From: the human T2T-CHM13v2.0 reference genome, Homo sapiens
Length of the DNA stretch: 64,000 nt
NCBI RefSeq assembly: GCF_009914755.1
Contig: NC_060934.1
Direction: 5' to 3' (one strand)
Under the pieces are notes generated by a model. It searched no databases. It was not told the DNA's origin and saw nothing but the letters and a program-made list of their open reading frames with translations. Shown in pieces: positions 15,301 to 30,500 of this stretch; the stretch's first letter is position 1; the number at the start of each line of letters is the position of its first letter. A program made the translations under genes and the position numbers.

Positions 15301-18300
15301 ATTTTTGTCCATTCTGTGAATGGACATTTCAGAGCTCTTTGAGGCCAGTGGCGAAAAAATGAATATCCCATTATAAAAACTAGAAGGAAGCTATCTGAGA
15401 AACTGCTTTGTAATGTGTGCATTCATCTAGCAGAGTTAAATTTACCGTTTCACACAGCAGTTTGGAAACACTGCTTTTGTAGAATCTGCAAAGGGATATT
15501 TTGGAGAGCATTGAGACCTATGGTGAGATAAGCAACATCTTCAGATAAAAACTATAAAGAAGGCTTCTGAGAAACTGCTTTATGATGTGTGCATTCAACT
15601 CAGAAAGTTAAAACTTTCTGTGGATTCAGTAGTTTGGAAAGAGTGTTTTTGTCCAATTCAGTGAATGCACAATTGGGAGCTCATTAAGGCCAATGGTGAA
15701 AAAGAGAATATCTCAGGGTAAAATCTAGGTGGAAACTATCTGACAAACTGCCATGTGATGTGTGCATTCATCTCACAGAGTTAAACCTTTCTTTGGATTC
15801 AGCAGTTTGGAAACAATGCTTTTGTATAATCGTCAAAGGATATTTAGGAAAGCATTGAGGCCTATGGTGAAGAAGAAGACATCTTCATATAAAAGCTAGA
15901 AAAAAGTTTTCTGAGTTACTACTTTCTGAAGTGTGCATTCATTTCAGAGACTTAAACCTTTCTTTATATTCAGTAGTTTGGAAATGCTGCTTTTGTGCAT
16001 TCTGCAAATGGACATTGCAGAGCTCTTTGAGGCCAATGGCAAAAAATGAAATATCCCAGGATAAAACTTGAAGGAAGCTATCTGAGAAACTACCTTGTGA
16101 TTTGTGCATGCATCTCACAGAGTTAAACCTTACATTTCCTTTAGCAGTTTGAAAAAAATTGTTTTTGAGAAATCTGCAGAGGGATATTTCTGATAGTATT
16201 GAGGCCTACGGTGAAATAGGAACCACCTTCAGCTTAAAAATGGAAAGAAGTTTTCTCAGACATGGCTTTGTGGTGTGTTCATTCATATCACAGAATTAAA
16301 CCGTTCTTTGCATTCAGCAGTGTGCAAACGCTGTTTTTGTCCATTCTGTGAATGGACATTTGGGAGTTCATTGTGGCCAATGGGCAAATGCGAATCTCCC
16401 AGGAAAAAAAGTGGACAGAATCTATCTGAGAAACTGCTATGATGTGTGCATTCACCTCACAAGTCAAACCTTTCTTTTCATTCAACAGTTTGGAAACAAT
16501 CTTTTGTATTTCAGCAGTTTAGAAAAACTGTTTTTACTAGAATCTGCAGAGAGATATTTCAAAGATCATTGAGGCTTGTAGTGAAAAAGGAAACAACTTC
16601 AGATAAAAACTAGAAAGAAGCTTTCTGAGAAACTGCTTTGTGATGTGTGCTTTCTTCTGACAGGGTTACATCTTTTTTTGGATTCAGCAGTTTGGAAACA
16701 CTGTTTATGTCCATTCTGTGAATGGATATTTGGGAGCTCATTAAGGCCAATGGGGTATAAGTGAATATCCCAGGATAAAAAGTAGAAGGAAGCTACCTTA
16801 TAAGCTGCTATATGATGTGTGCATTCATCTCACAGAGTTAAACCTTTCTTTGGATTCCTCAGTTTGGAAACACTGTTTTTGTCCATTCTGAGAATGGATA
16901 TTTTGGAGCTCATTGAGGCCAATGGCGAAGAAGCGAATATCCCAGGATAAAAACTCGAAGAAACCTATCTGAGAAACCGCTTTGTGATGTGTGCATTCAT
17001 CTCACAGAGTTAAACCTTTCTTTTCATTCAGCTGTTTGGAAACACTGTTTTTGTAGGATCTGCAAAGGAATATTTCACTGAGCATTGAGGCCCATGGTAA
17101 AAAAGGAAGCCTCTTCAGATAAAAACTAGAAAGAAGTCTTCTGAGAAACTGATGTGTAATGAGTGAATTCATCTCATGGAGTTAAATCTTTCTTTGTATA
17201 CAGTACTTTGGAAAGTGTATTTTTGTCCACTCTGTGAATGGACATTTGGGAGTTCATTGCGGCCAATGGCAAAAAAGAAAATATTGCAGGAAAAAAACTA
17301 GAAGGAAGCTATCTCAGAAACTGCTTTATGATGTGTGCATTCATGTCACAGAGTTAAACTTTTCTTTTCATAGAGTAGTTTGGAAACACTGTTTTTGTAG
17401 TATCTGCAAAGGGATATTTCGGAGAGAATTGAGGCCTATGGAGAAATAGGAAACATATTCAGATAAAAAGCAGAACGAAGCTTTTTGAGAAACCACTTTG
17501 TGTTCTGTGCTTTCATTTCTCAGAGTTAAACCTTTCTTTGGATTCAGTACCTTGCAAAGAGTGTTTTTGTCCACTCTGCAAATGGGTATTTGGGAGCTCT
17601 TTGTGGCCAGTGGTGAAAATGCAAATATCCCAGGATAAAAACTAGATGGAAGATATCTGAGAAACTGCTATGTGATGTCTGCATTGAACTCACAGAGGTA
17701 AATGTTTCTTTCCATTCAGCAGTTTGGAAACACTGTTTTTATAGTATCTGCAAGTGGACATTTTGGATAGTTTTGAGGTCTCTGTTGGAAAAGGAAATAT
17801 CTTAGATAAACACTAGAAAGAATCTGAGTAACTGCTTTGTGATGTGTGCATTCATCTCACGTACTTAAACCATTCTTTGGATTCAGTAGTTTGGAAACAC
17901 TTTCTGTCCATTCTGCGAATGGACATTTGTGAGCTCACAGCAACCAATGGCAAAAAAGTGAATATCCCAGGATAAAAACTAGGAGGAAGCTATCTGAGAA
18001 ACCACTTTGTGATGTGCACATTCTTCTGACAGAGTTAAGCTTTTCTGTTCATTCAGCAGCTTGGAAACACTGTTTTTGAAGAATCTGCAAAGGGATATTT
18101 CATAGAGCATTGACACCTACGGAGAAATAGGAAACATCTTCAGATAAATACTAGACAGACACTTTCTGACAAACTGCTTTGTGATGTGTACATTCACCTC
18201 ACAGAGTTAAAACTATGTTTGGATACAGTAGTTTGGAAAGAGTATTTTTGTCCACTGTGTGAATGGGTATTTGGGAGCTCATTGTGGCCAGTGGTGAAAA

Positions 18301-20416
18301 AGTGAATATCCCAGGATAAAAACTAGATGGAAGATATTTGAGAAAGTGATATGTGATGTCTGCATTGAACTCACAGAGTTAAACGTTTCTTTCCATTCAG
18401 CAGTTTGGAAACACTGTTTTTGTAGAATCTGCAAAAGGATATTTTGGAGAGCATTGAGGCCTATGGAAAAATAGGAAATATCTTCAGATAAAAACTAGAA
18501 AGAAGATTTCTGAGTAACTGCTTTGTGATGTGTGCATTCATCTCACAGAGTTAAACTTTTCCATGAATTTAGCAGTTTGGAAACACTGTTTTTTAGAATC
18601 TGCAAAGGGATATTTCGGAGAGCATTGAGGCCTATGTTGGAAAAGGAAACATCTTTAGATAAAAACTAGAAAGAAACTTTCTGAGAAACTGATTTGTAAT
18701 GAGTGCATTCATCTCACAGATTTAAATTTTTCTTTGGATTCAGTAGTTTGGAAAGAGCGTTTTTGTCCTATCTGCGAATGGATATTTGAGAGTTCATTGA
18801 GACCAATGGTGAAAAAATGAATATTCCTGGGTAAAAACTAGAAGGAAACTCTCTGAGAAACTGCTTTGTGACGTGTGCTTTCATCTCACAGAGTTAAACC
18901 TTTCTTTTCATTCCGCAGCTTGGAAAAACTGTTTTCATAGAATCTACAAAGGGATATTTTGGGGAGATTTGAAGTCTATGTTGAAACAGGAAACATCTTC
19001 AGATAAAAACTAGAAGGAAGTTTTCTATGAAACTGCTTTGTGATGTATGCATTCATCTCACAGAGTTAAACCTTCCCTCAAATTCAGTAGTTTGGAAACA
19101 CTGCTTTTGTCCAATCTGTGAATGGACATTTGTGCACTCATTGAGGCCAATGGCAAAAAAGGCAATATCCCAGGATAAAAACTAGTCAGAAGCTATCTGA
19201 GAAAATGTTTTTTTATGTGGGCATTCATCTCACAGACTTAAACCTTTCTTTTCATTCAGCAGTTTGGAAACACTGTTTTTGTCGAATATGCAAAAGGATA
19301 TTTCGTAAAGCATTGAGACCTAGGGTAAAAAAGGAAACATTTTTGGATAACAAGTACAAAGAAGTTTTCCAGGAAACCACTTTGTGATAAGTGTGTTCAT
19401 CTCACAGAGTTAAACCTTGCTTTGGATTCAGTAGTTTGTAGAGAGTGTTTTTGTCCATTCTGCCAATGGAAAATTGGGAATTCATTCAGGCCTAAGGTGA
19501 AAATGAGAATATCCTAGGATAAAAACTAGAAGAAAGCTATCTTAGAAACCACTTTGTGATGTGTGCATTCATCTCAGATAATTAAATCTTCCTTTTCATA
19601 CAGCAGTTTGGAAACACTGTTTTTATAGTATCTGCATAGGGATATTTCAGAGAGCATTGAGGCCTGTGGTAAAAAAGAAAACATCTTTAGATAAAAAGTA
19701 GAAAGAAGCTTTCTGAGAAACTGCTTTGTGATGAGTGCATTCATCTCACAGAGTTAAACCGTTCTTTGGATTCAGTAGTTTGGAAGGAGTGTTTGTATCC
19801 ATTCTGCAAATGGACATTTGGGAGCTCATTGAGGCCAACAGTGAACAAGCGAATACTCCAGGATAAAAAATAGAAGGAAGCTATGTGAGAAACTGCTTTC
19901 TGATGTGTGCATTCATCTTGCAGGGTTCAACCTTTCTTTTCATTCAGCAATTAGGAAACACTGTATTGTATAACCTGAGAAGATGTATTTAGGAGTGCAT
20001 TGATGCCTCTGGTGCAAAAGAAAACATCTTCAGTTAAAAATTAGAAAGAAGGTTTCTGAGAAACTGCTTTATGTTGTGTGCACTCATCTCAGAGAGTTAA
20101 AACCTACATTGGATTCAGCAGTTTGTAAACAATGTTTTTGTCCATTCTGTGAATGGACTTTGGAGAACCCCTTCAGGCCAGTTATGAAAAAGTGAATAAC
20201 CCACAATAAAAACTAGAAGGAAGCTATCTGAGAAACTGCTGTGTGATATGTGCATTCACCTCACAGAGGTCAACCTTTCTTTTCATTCAGCAGTTTGGAA
20301 ACACTGTTTTTGTAGAATCTGCAAGGGGATATTTGTGATTGCATTGAGGCTATTGTCAAAAAGGGAACATCTTCAGATTAAATCTAGAAAAATGTTTTCT
20401 TAGAAAGTGCTTTGTG
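393..20416 (+). repeat. Ancient diverged dimeric alpha satellite (~344 bp = 2 x 172), H1H2/SF8-like, A-box only
   Basis: Two monomer types alternate. One carries TGTAGAATCTGCAAAGGGATA...CTATGGTGAAAAAGGAAACATCTTCAGATAAAAACTAGAAAGAAGCTTTCTG and the other TGTCCATTCTGYGAATGGACATTTGGGAGCTCATTGAGGCCAATGG...TATCCCAGGATAAAAACTAGAAGGAAGCTATCTG. Equivalent sites lie at 401, 741, 1084 and 1429. The family name is inferred from recall. Confidence 0.93.
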
Positions 20417-21516
<1,100 letters not shown>

Positions 21517-24500
21517 AGAAAGTGCTTTGTGATATCTGTATTCATCTCACAGTTAAACCTTTCTTTTTATTCTGCAGTTTGGAAACACTCTTTTTGTCCA
21601 TTCCGTGAATACACATTTAAGAGCTGACTGAGGCCAATGTGAAAAAGTGAATATACCAGGATAGAAACTAGAAGGAAGCTCTCTGAGTGAACACTTTGCT
21701 ATGTATGCATTCACCACATAGAGTTAAACATTTCTTTTCTTTCAGCATTTTGGAAACACTGTTTTGGTAGAATCTGAGAAGCAATATTTTGGTTCTCATT
21801 GAGGCCTACAGGGAAAAGGGAAACATCCTCAGATAAAAATTAGAAAGAGGATTTCTGAGAACATGCTTTCTGATGTGTGAATTCATCTCACTGTTAAACC
21901 TGCCTTTGGATTTGGCACTTTGCAGACACTGTTTTTGAAGAATCTGAGAAGAGATATTTTGGAGCTCTTTGAGACATTCAGTGAAAAAGGAAACATATTC
22001 AGATAAAAATTAACAAGAAGCTATCTGAGAAAATGCTTTGTGATGTATGAATTTATCTTACAGTTAAACTTGTCTTTGGATTTTGCAGTTTGGAAACACT
22101 GTTTTGTACATTCTGCGAATGGATATTTGGGAGCTAATTGAGGCCAATGAAGAAAAAGTGAATATACCAGGATAAAAACTGGAGGGAATCTATCTCAGAA
22201 ACCACTTTGTGATGTGGACATTCATCTCGCAGACTTAAGTCTCTTTGTTCATTCAGCAGTATGGAAACACTGTTTTCATAGAATCGGCAAAGGGATTTTT
22301 GGGAGCACATTGAGGCCAATTGTGAAAAAGGAAACATCTTCAGATAAATCTGGAAAGATGCTTTCTGAGAAACTGCTTTGTGATGACTGCATTCACCTCA
22401 CAGTTAAACTTTTCTTTGGATTTGACAACTTGGAAACACTGTTTTTGTCCATTCTGTGAATGGACAGTTGGGAGCTCATTGAGACAAATTTTGAAAAAGC
22501 GAATATCCCAGGATAAAAACTAGAAGAATCACTCTGAGAAACGACATTGTGATGGGTGCATTCATTTCGCAGAGTTAAAACTTTCTATGGATTCAGTAGT
22601 TTGGAAACACTTTTTTTGTCCATTCTACAAATGGAAATTTGGGAGATCATTGAGGCCAATGGAGAAAAACTGAATATCCCAGGTTAAAAATTAGAAGGAA
22701 GCTATCTGAGAAACTGCTATGTGATGTGTGCATTCATCTCACAGAATGAAAACTTTCTTTTAATTCAGCAGTTTGGAAACCTCTTTTTGTAGAATCTACA
22801 AAGGGATATTTGGGAGTGATTTGAGACCTCTGGTGTAAAAGGAAACATCTTTAGAAAATAACTTGAAGGAGAAACTGCTTTGTGATGTGTGCATTCGTCT
22901 CACACAGAGTTAAACCTTTATTTGGATTCAGCAGTTTGGAAACTCTCTTTTTGTTCTTATTGCCAACAGACATTTAGGAGTTCATTGAGGCCAATGGTGA
23001 AAAAGCGAATATCCCAGGAAAAAAACTAGAAGGAAGTTATCTGAGAAAGAGCTTTCTGATGTGTGCATTCATCTCACAGAGTTAAAGCTTTCTTTTCATT
23101 CAGCAGTTTGGAAACACTGTTTTTGTAGAAATTGCGAAGGGATATTTGGGAGCCCATTGAGACTCATGGTAAAAAAATAAACATCTTGAGATAAAAACTA
23201 GAAAGAACCTTTCTGAGAAACTGTTTTTTTGTGTTTGCATTCATCCACAGTGCTAAAACTTTCTTTGCATTCAGCCGATTGGAAACACTTTTTTTATCCA
23301 TTTGGCAATTGGACATTTGGCAGTTTATTGAGTCCAATGGCAAAAAAGCGAATACCCCCGGATAAACACTAAAAGGAAGCTATCTGAAAAACCGCTTTGT
23401 GACGTGTGCATTCATCTTGCAGAGTTAAACCTTTCCTTTCATTCAGCTGTTTGCAAACACTTTTTTTGTAGCATCTGTGAAGGGATACTTGGGAGCACAT
23501 TGAGGTCTATGGTGAAAAAGAAAACATCTTCAATGGAAATTAGAAAGAAGCTTTCTGAGAAACTCCTTTGGGATGTTTGCATTCATCTCACAGATTTAAA
23601 TCTTTATTTGGATTCAGCTGTTTGAAAACTCTGTTTTTTCCATTCTGCGAATGTACATTTAGGAACTCACTGAGACCAACAGCGAAAAATCGAATTTCTC
23701 AGGATAAAAACTCAGAGGAAACTATCTCAGAAATCACTTTGTGATGTGTGCATTCATCTCACAGAGTTAAAACTTACTTTAAATTTAGTAGTTTGGAAAG
23801 ACTCTTTTTGTTTTTAACGTGAATGGACATTTGGTAGCTCATTGAGGTGAATGCTGAAAAAGTGAATATCCCAGGAAAAAAACTAGAAGTAAGCTATCTG
23901 GGAAACAGATTTGTGATGTGTGCATTCATCTTGCAGAGTTAAACTTTTCTTTTCATTCAGCAGTTTGGAAACACTTTTTTGTAGCATCTGTGAAGGGATA
24001 TTTGGGAGCACATGGGGGTCTATGGTGAAAAAGAAAACACCTTCATATAAAAACTAGAAAGAAGCTTTCTGAGAAACTGATTTTTGATGTCTGCACTCAT
24101 CTCACAGTGTTAAGACCCAGGACAAAAACTAGAAGGAAGCTATCTGGCAAACCGATTTGTGAAGTGTGCATTCATCTCACAAAATTAAACATTTCTTTTC
24201 ATTCAATAGTTTGAAAACACTGTTTTTCTAGAATCTATTAAGGGATATTTGGGACCGCATTTTGGCCTATGGTGAAAAAGGAAACATCTTCAGATAAAAA
24301 CTAGAAAGAAGCTTCCTGAGAAACTGCTTTGTGATGTTGGCATTCTTCTCACAGAGTTAAAACTTTCTTTGGATGCAGCAGGTTGGAAAAACCATTTTTG
24401 TTGAATCTGCAAAGGGATATTTGGGAGTGCATTTAGGCCTGTGATTAAAAATGATACATCTTCAGATAAAAACTAGAAAAAAAGATTTCTGAGAAACTGC

Positions 24501-27500
24501 TTTGTGATGTGTGAATTCATCTTACACAGTTAAAATATTCTTTGGATTCAGCAGTTTGGAAACACTTTTTTTGTCCATTCTGCAACTGGCCATTTGTGAG
24601 TTCATTGACACCAATTGCGAAAAAAAGAACATCCCAGGATAAAAACTGTAAAACAGCTCTCTGAGAAACTACATTGTAATGTGTGCATTCATCTCGAAGA
24701 GTTAAAACTTTCTTTTCATTCTTCAATTTGGGGGTCACTGTTTTTGTAGAATCTGCAAAGGGATACTTGGGAGCACTTTGAGGTCTATGGTGAGAAAGGA
24801 AACATCTTCAAATAATAGTAAGAAAGAAGCTTTCTGAGAAAATGCTTTGTGATGTGTGCATTCATCTCACAGTGTTAAACCCATTTTTGATTCAGCAGTT
24901 TGGGAACACTGTTTTTGTTCTTAATGTGAAAGGACATTTCGGAGCTCACTGAGGCCAATGGCAAAAAAGTGAATATCCCAGGATAAAAACTACAAGGAAG
25001 CTGTCTGAGAAACTGCTTTGTGATGAGTGCATTCACCTTACAGAGTTAAACTTTTCTTTTCATTCAGCAGTTTGGAAATACTGTTTTTGTTGAATTTGCG
25101 AAGGGATATTTAGGAGCACATTGAGGTCCATGGTGAAAAAGAAAATATCTTCAGTTAAAAACTAGAAAGAAGATTTCTGTGAAACTGCCTTGTGATGTGT
25201 GCATTCATCTCACAGTGTTCAATATTTCTTTGGGTTCAGCAGTTTGGAAAAACTCTTTTTGTCCATTCTGTGAATGGACATTTGTGAGCTCCTTGAGGCC
25301 AATGGCAAAAAAGTGAATATCCCAGGATAAAAACTAGAAGGAAGCTCTCTGAGAAACTGCATTGTGATGTTTGCATTCATCTCACCGAATTAAACCTTTC
25401 ATTTCATTCAGTAGTTTGGAAACACACTTTTGTAGAATCTGTGAAGAGATATTTCGGAACGCATGGAGCCCTATGGTGAAAAATGAAGCAACTTCAGAAA
25501 AAAATCTGAAAGAAACTTTCTGAGAAACTGCTTTATGATATGTACATTCATCTGACAGAGTTAAAATTTCTTTAGATTCAGCAGTTTGGAAATAGTTTGT
25601 GTCCATTCTGTGAATGGGCATTTGGGAGAACATTGAGGGTAATAGCAAAAAAGGGAATATCCCAGGATAAAAAGTAGAAGCAAGCTATCTGAGAAACTGT
25701 TTTGTGATGTGTGCATTCACCTCACAGAGTTAAACTTTCCTTGGAATCAGCAGTTTGTAAACACTCTTTTTGTTTTTAATGCAAATGGACATTTCATAGC
25801 TCATTGAGGCCAATAGCAAGAAAAGCGAATATACCAGGAAAAACTAGAAGGAAGCTAACAGAAATGGATTTGTGGTGTGTGCATTCATCCTGCAGAGTTA
25901 AACCTTTATTTTCATTGAGCAGTTTGGAAACACTGTTTTTGTAGCATATACAAAGGGATATTTGGGAGCGCATTGAGGCCTATGGTGAAAAAGGAAACAT
26001 CTTCATATAAAAACTAGAAAGAAGCTTTCTGAGAAACTGGTTTTTGATGTGTGCATTCATCTCAGAGTCTTAAACTTTCTTTGATTTCACCTGTTTGGAA
26101 ACACACTTTTTGTCCATTCTGTGTATGGACATTTGGGAGCCCAGTGAGGCCAATAGCGAAAAAGCAAACATCCCAGGACAAAAACTAAAAGGAAGCTATC
26201 TGAGAAGCCACTATGTGACGTGTGCTTTCATCTTGCAGAGTTAAACCTTACTTTTCATTCAGCAATTTGAAAACACTGTTTTTTTAGAATTAACGAAGGG
26301 ATATTTGAGACTTCATTGTGGCCTATGGTGCAAAAGGAAACATCTTCAGATAAATACTAGAAAGAAGCTTTCTGAGAAACTGCTTTGTGATGTGTGAATT
26401 CATCTCACAGAGTTAAAATTTTCTTTGGATTCAGCAGCTTGGAAACACTGTTTTTGTTGCATCTGTGAAGGGATATTTGAGAGTGCATTGAGGCCAGTTG
26501 TTAAAACAAAATATCTTCAGAAAAAAACTAGAAAGTAGCTTTCTGAGAAACAGCTTTGTGATGTGTGAATGCATCTCACAGAGTTAAACCATTCTTTGGT
26601 TTCAGCAGTTTGGAAACACTGTTTTTGTCCATTCTGCAAATGGCCTTTCATGAGCTCATTGAGGCCAATGGCAAAACAGCAAATATCCCAGGAAAAAAAC
26701 TAGAAAACAGCCCTCTGAGAAACTGCATTTTGTTGTGTACATTCATCTCGAAGAGTTAAAACTTTCTTTTAATTCTGCAGTTTGGAAACACTGTTTTTGT
26801 AGAATCTGTGAAGTCATATTTCAGAGCAATTTGAGGCCTATGGTGAAAAGGAAACATCTTCACATAAAAGAAAGAAAGAAGCTTTCTGAGAAACTGCCTT
26901 GTGATGTGTGCATTCATGTCACAGTGTTACACCTTTGTTTGGATTCAGCAGTTTGGAAAAACTATTTTTGTCCATTCTGCAAAAGGACATTTGGAAGCTC
27001 CCTGGGGCCAATAGCAAAAAGATGAACATCCCAGGATAAAAAATAGAAGGAAGCTCTCTGAGAAGCCATATTGTCATGCTTGCAATCATCTCACAGAGAT
27101 AAACTATCTTGTCTTTCAGCAGTTTGGAAACATGGTTTTTGTAGAATCTGCAAAGGGATATTTGGGAGCATACGGAGCCCTGTGGTGAAAAAGGTAACAT
27201 CTTCAGATACAAAGTAGAAAGATGGTTTCTGAGAAACTGCTTTGTGATGTGTGCATTCATCTCACAGAGTAAAACATTTCTTTGGATTCAGCCATTTGGA
27301 AGCACTGTTTTTGTCCATTCTGTGAATGGATATTAGAGAACTTACTGAGACCAATGTGAAAAAGCAAATATCCCAGGATAAGAATTAGAAGGAAGCAATC
27401 TGAGAAACCGCTTTGTAATGTGTGCATTCATCTCGCTGTGTTAAGCCTTTCTTTTCACTCAGTAGTTTGGAAACACTGTTTTTGTAGCATCTGCGAAGTG

Positions 27501-30500
27501 ACATTTGAGAGTGCATTGAGGCTGATGGTGAAAAAGGAAACACCTTTAACTAAAAACAAGAAAGAAAGTTTCTGAGAAACTGCTTTGTATTGTGTGCATT
27601 CATCTTACAGAGTTAAACATTTCTTTGGATTCTGCAGTGTGCAAACACTTTTTTTGTCCACTCTGCAAATGGACATTTGAGAACTCATTGAGGACAATGG
27701 GGAAAAAGCAAATATCCCAGGATAAAAACAAGAAGGAAGCTCTCTGAAAAACGAAATTGAGATGTGTGCATTGTTCTAACAGAATTAAACTTTTCTTCGG
27801 ATTCAGCAGATTGGAAACACTGTTTTTGTCCATTCTGTGAATGGACATTTGGGAGGTCACTGACACCAATGGTGAAATAGGGAATATCCCAGGATTAAAA
27901 CTACAAGGAAGCTATCTGAAAAAAAACGCTTTGTGTTGTGAGCATTCCTTTCACAGAGTTAAAACTTTCTTTTCATTCAGCAGTTTGGAAACACTGTTTT
28001 TGTAGAATCTGCAAAGGGATAATTCAGAGAGCACTGAGACCTATGGTAGAAAATGAAATATCTTCAAATAAAAACTTCAGGGATGCTTTCTGAGAAACCT
28101 CTTTGTTATGCTTGCATTCTTCTTGCAGAATTAAACCTGTCCTTTAATTCAGCAGTTTGGAAAATACTGTTTTTGTAGAATCTGCAAAGGGATATTTTGG
28201 AGGGCATTGAGGCCTATGGTGAAAAAGGAAACAAACATCTTCAGTCAAAAACTAGAAAGACGTTTCTAAGAAACTGCTTTGTGATGTGTGCATCCATCTC
28301 ACAGATTTAAACTTTTCTTTGGATTCAGCAGTTTCTAAACACTGTTTTTGTCCATTCTGCGAATAGACTTTTGGGAGCTCATTGAGGCCAATGTTGAAAA
28401 AGCGAATATCCCTGGATAAAAACCAGAAGGAATCTATTTGAGAAACCGTTTTGTGATGAGTGCCTTCCTTGCACAGAGTTAAAACTTTCTTTTCCTTCAG
28501 CAGTTTGGAAGCACAGTGTTTGAAGAATCTGCAAAGGGATATTGCAGAGAGCATTGAGGCCTAAGTTTAAAAAGGAAACATCTTCAGATAAAAATTAGAA
28601 AGAAACTTTGTGAGAAACTGCTCTGTGATGTGTGCATTCATCTCACAGAGTTAAGCCTTTCTTTGGATTTAGAAGTTTGGAAACACTGTTTTTGTCCATT
28701 CTGTGAATGGACCTTTGGGATCTCATTGAGGCCAATGGCAAAAAAGCAAACATAACATGAGAAAAACTAGAAGGAAGCTATCTGAGAAACGGCTTTGTGA
28801 TGTGTACATTCATGTCACAGAGTTAGACCTTTCTTTGGATTCAGTAGTTTGGAAAAAGTATTTTTGTCCATTCTGTGAATGGACAGTTGGGAGTCCTGTG
28901 AGGCTAATGGCAAAAAAGTGTGTATCCAGGGAGAAAAACTAGAATGAAGCTATGTGAGAAACTGCTTTGTGATGTGTGCATTCATCTCACAAAGTTAAAG
29001 CTTTCTTTTCATACAGCAGTTTGGAAATAGTGTTTTGGTAGAATCTGTAAAGGTATATTTTGGAGAGCATTGAAAGCTTTGGGTAAAAAGGAAACATCTT
29101 CAGATAAAAACTATAGAGATGCTTTCTGAGAAACCTATTTGTGATGGGTTCATTCATCTCACAGAATTAAAACTTTTTTTCATTCAACAGTTTGGAAACT
29201 CTGTTTTTTTAGAATCTGCGTGGGGATATTTCAGAGAACAGTGAGGCCCATGGAGAAAAAGGAAATATCTTCAGGTAAAAACTAGAAAGAAGCTTTCTGA
29301 AAAACTGCTTTGTGATTTGGGAATTCATCTCACAGACTTAAAACTTTCTTTGGATTGAGTTGCTTGGAAAGAGTGCTTTTGTGTACTTAGTGAATTGACA
29401 TTTGAGAGCTCATTGAGGCTAATGGTGAAAAAGTGAATATCCCAGGATAAAAACTAGATGGAAGCTATTTGAGAAACTTCTATGTGATGTGTGCATTCAT
29501 CTCACAGAGATAAACCTTTCTTTTCATTCAGCAGTTTGGAAACTCTGTTTTTAAAAAATCTTCAAAGGAATAGTTGGATAGCATTTAGGCCTATCTTGAA
29601 AAATGAAACATCTACAGATACAAAAGAGAAAGAAGCTTCTGAGAAACTGCTTTGTGACGTGTGCATTCATCTCACAGAGTTAAACCTTTATTTGGATTCA
29701 GTAGTAGTTTGAAAACACTTTTTTAATCAAATCCACAAAGGGATATTTCGTAGAGCATTGAGGCCTATGGTGACAAAGGAAAGATCTTCAGATAAAAACT
29801 TGAAAGAAACTTTCTGAGAAACTGCTTTGTAATGTGTGCATTCATCTCACAGAGTTAAAACTTTGTTTGGATACAGTAGTTTAGAAAGAGTGTTTTTGTG
29901 TATTTAGTGAATGGACATTTGAGACCTCATTGATGCTAATGGTGAAAAAGTGAATATCCCAGGATAAAAACTTGGTGGAAGCTATCTGAGAAACTGCTAT
30001 GTAATTTCTGCATTCATCTTGCAGAGATAAAACTTACTTTGGATTCAGAAGTTTGGAAACACTGACACTGTTTTTGTACAATCTGCAAAGGGATATTTCT
30101 GACAGCATTGAGGGCTGTGATCAAAAAGGAAACATCTTCAGATAAATAATAGAAATAAGCTTTTGGAGACACTGCCTTGTGATGTGTTCATTCGTGTCAC
30201 AGAGTTAAACCTTTCTTTGGATTCAGTAGTTTAGAAACAATGTTATTTTTGCATTCTGTGAATGGACATCTGGGAGCTCATTGGGGCCAATGGTGAATAA
30301 GGGAATATCCCAGGACAAAAACTAGTAGAAAGTTATTTGAGAAAATGCTTTGTGATGTTTTTATTCATCTCCCAGGGTTAAACGTTTTTTTCATTCAACA
30401 GTTTAGAAATCCTGTTTTTGTAGTATCTGCAAAGGGATATTTCAGAGAGTATTGAGGCCTATGGTGAAAAAGAAAACAGTTTCAGATAAAAACTAGAAAG

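Noticed and set aside
18632-18648. CENP-B-box-like CTATGTTGGAAAAGGAA
   Set aside because: Lacks the essential TTCG and CGGG positions; it is a mutated A-box.
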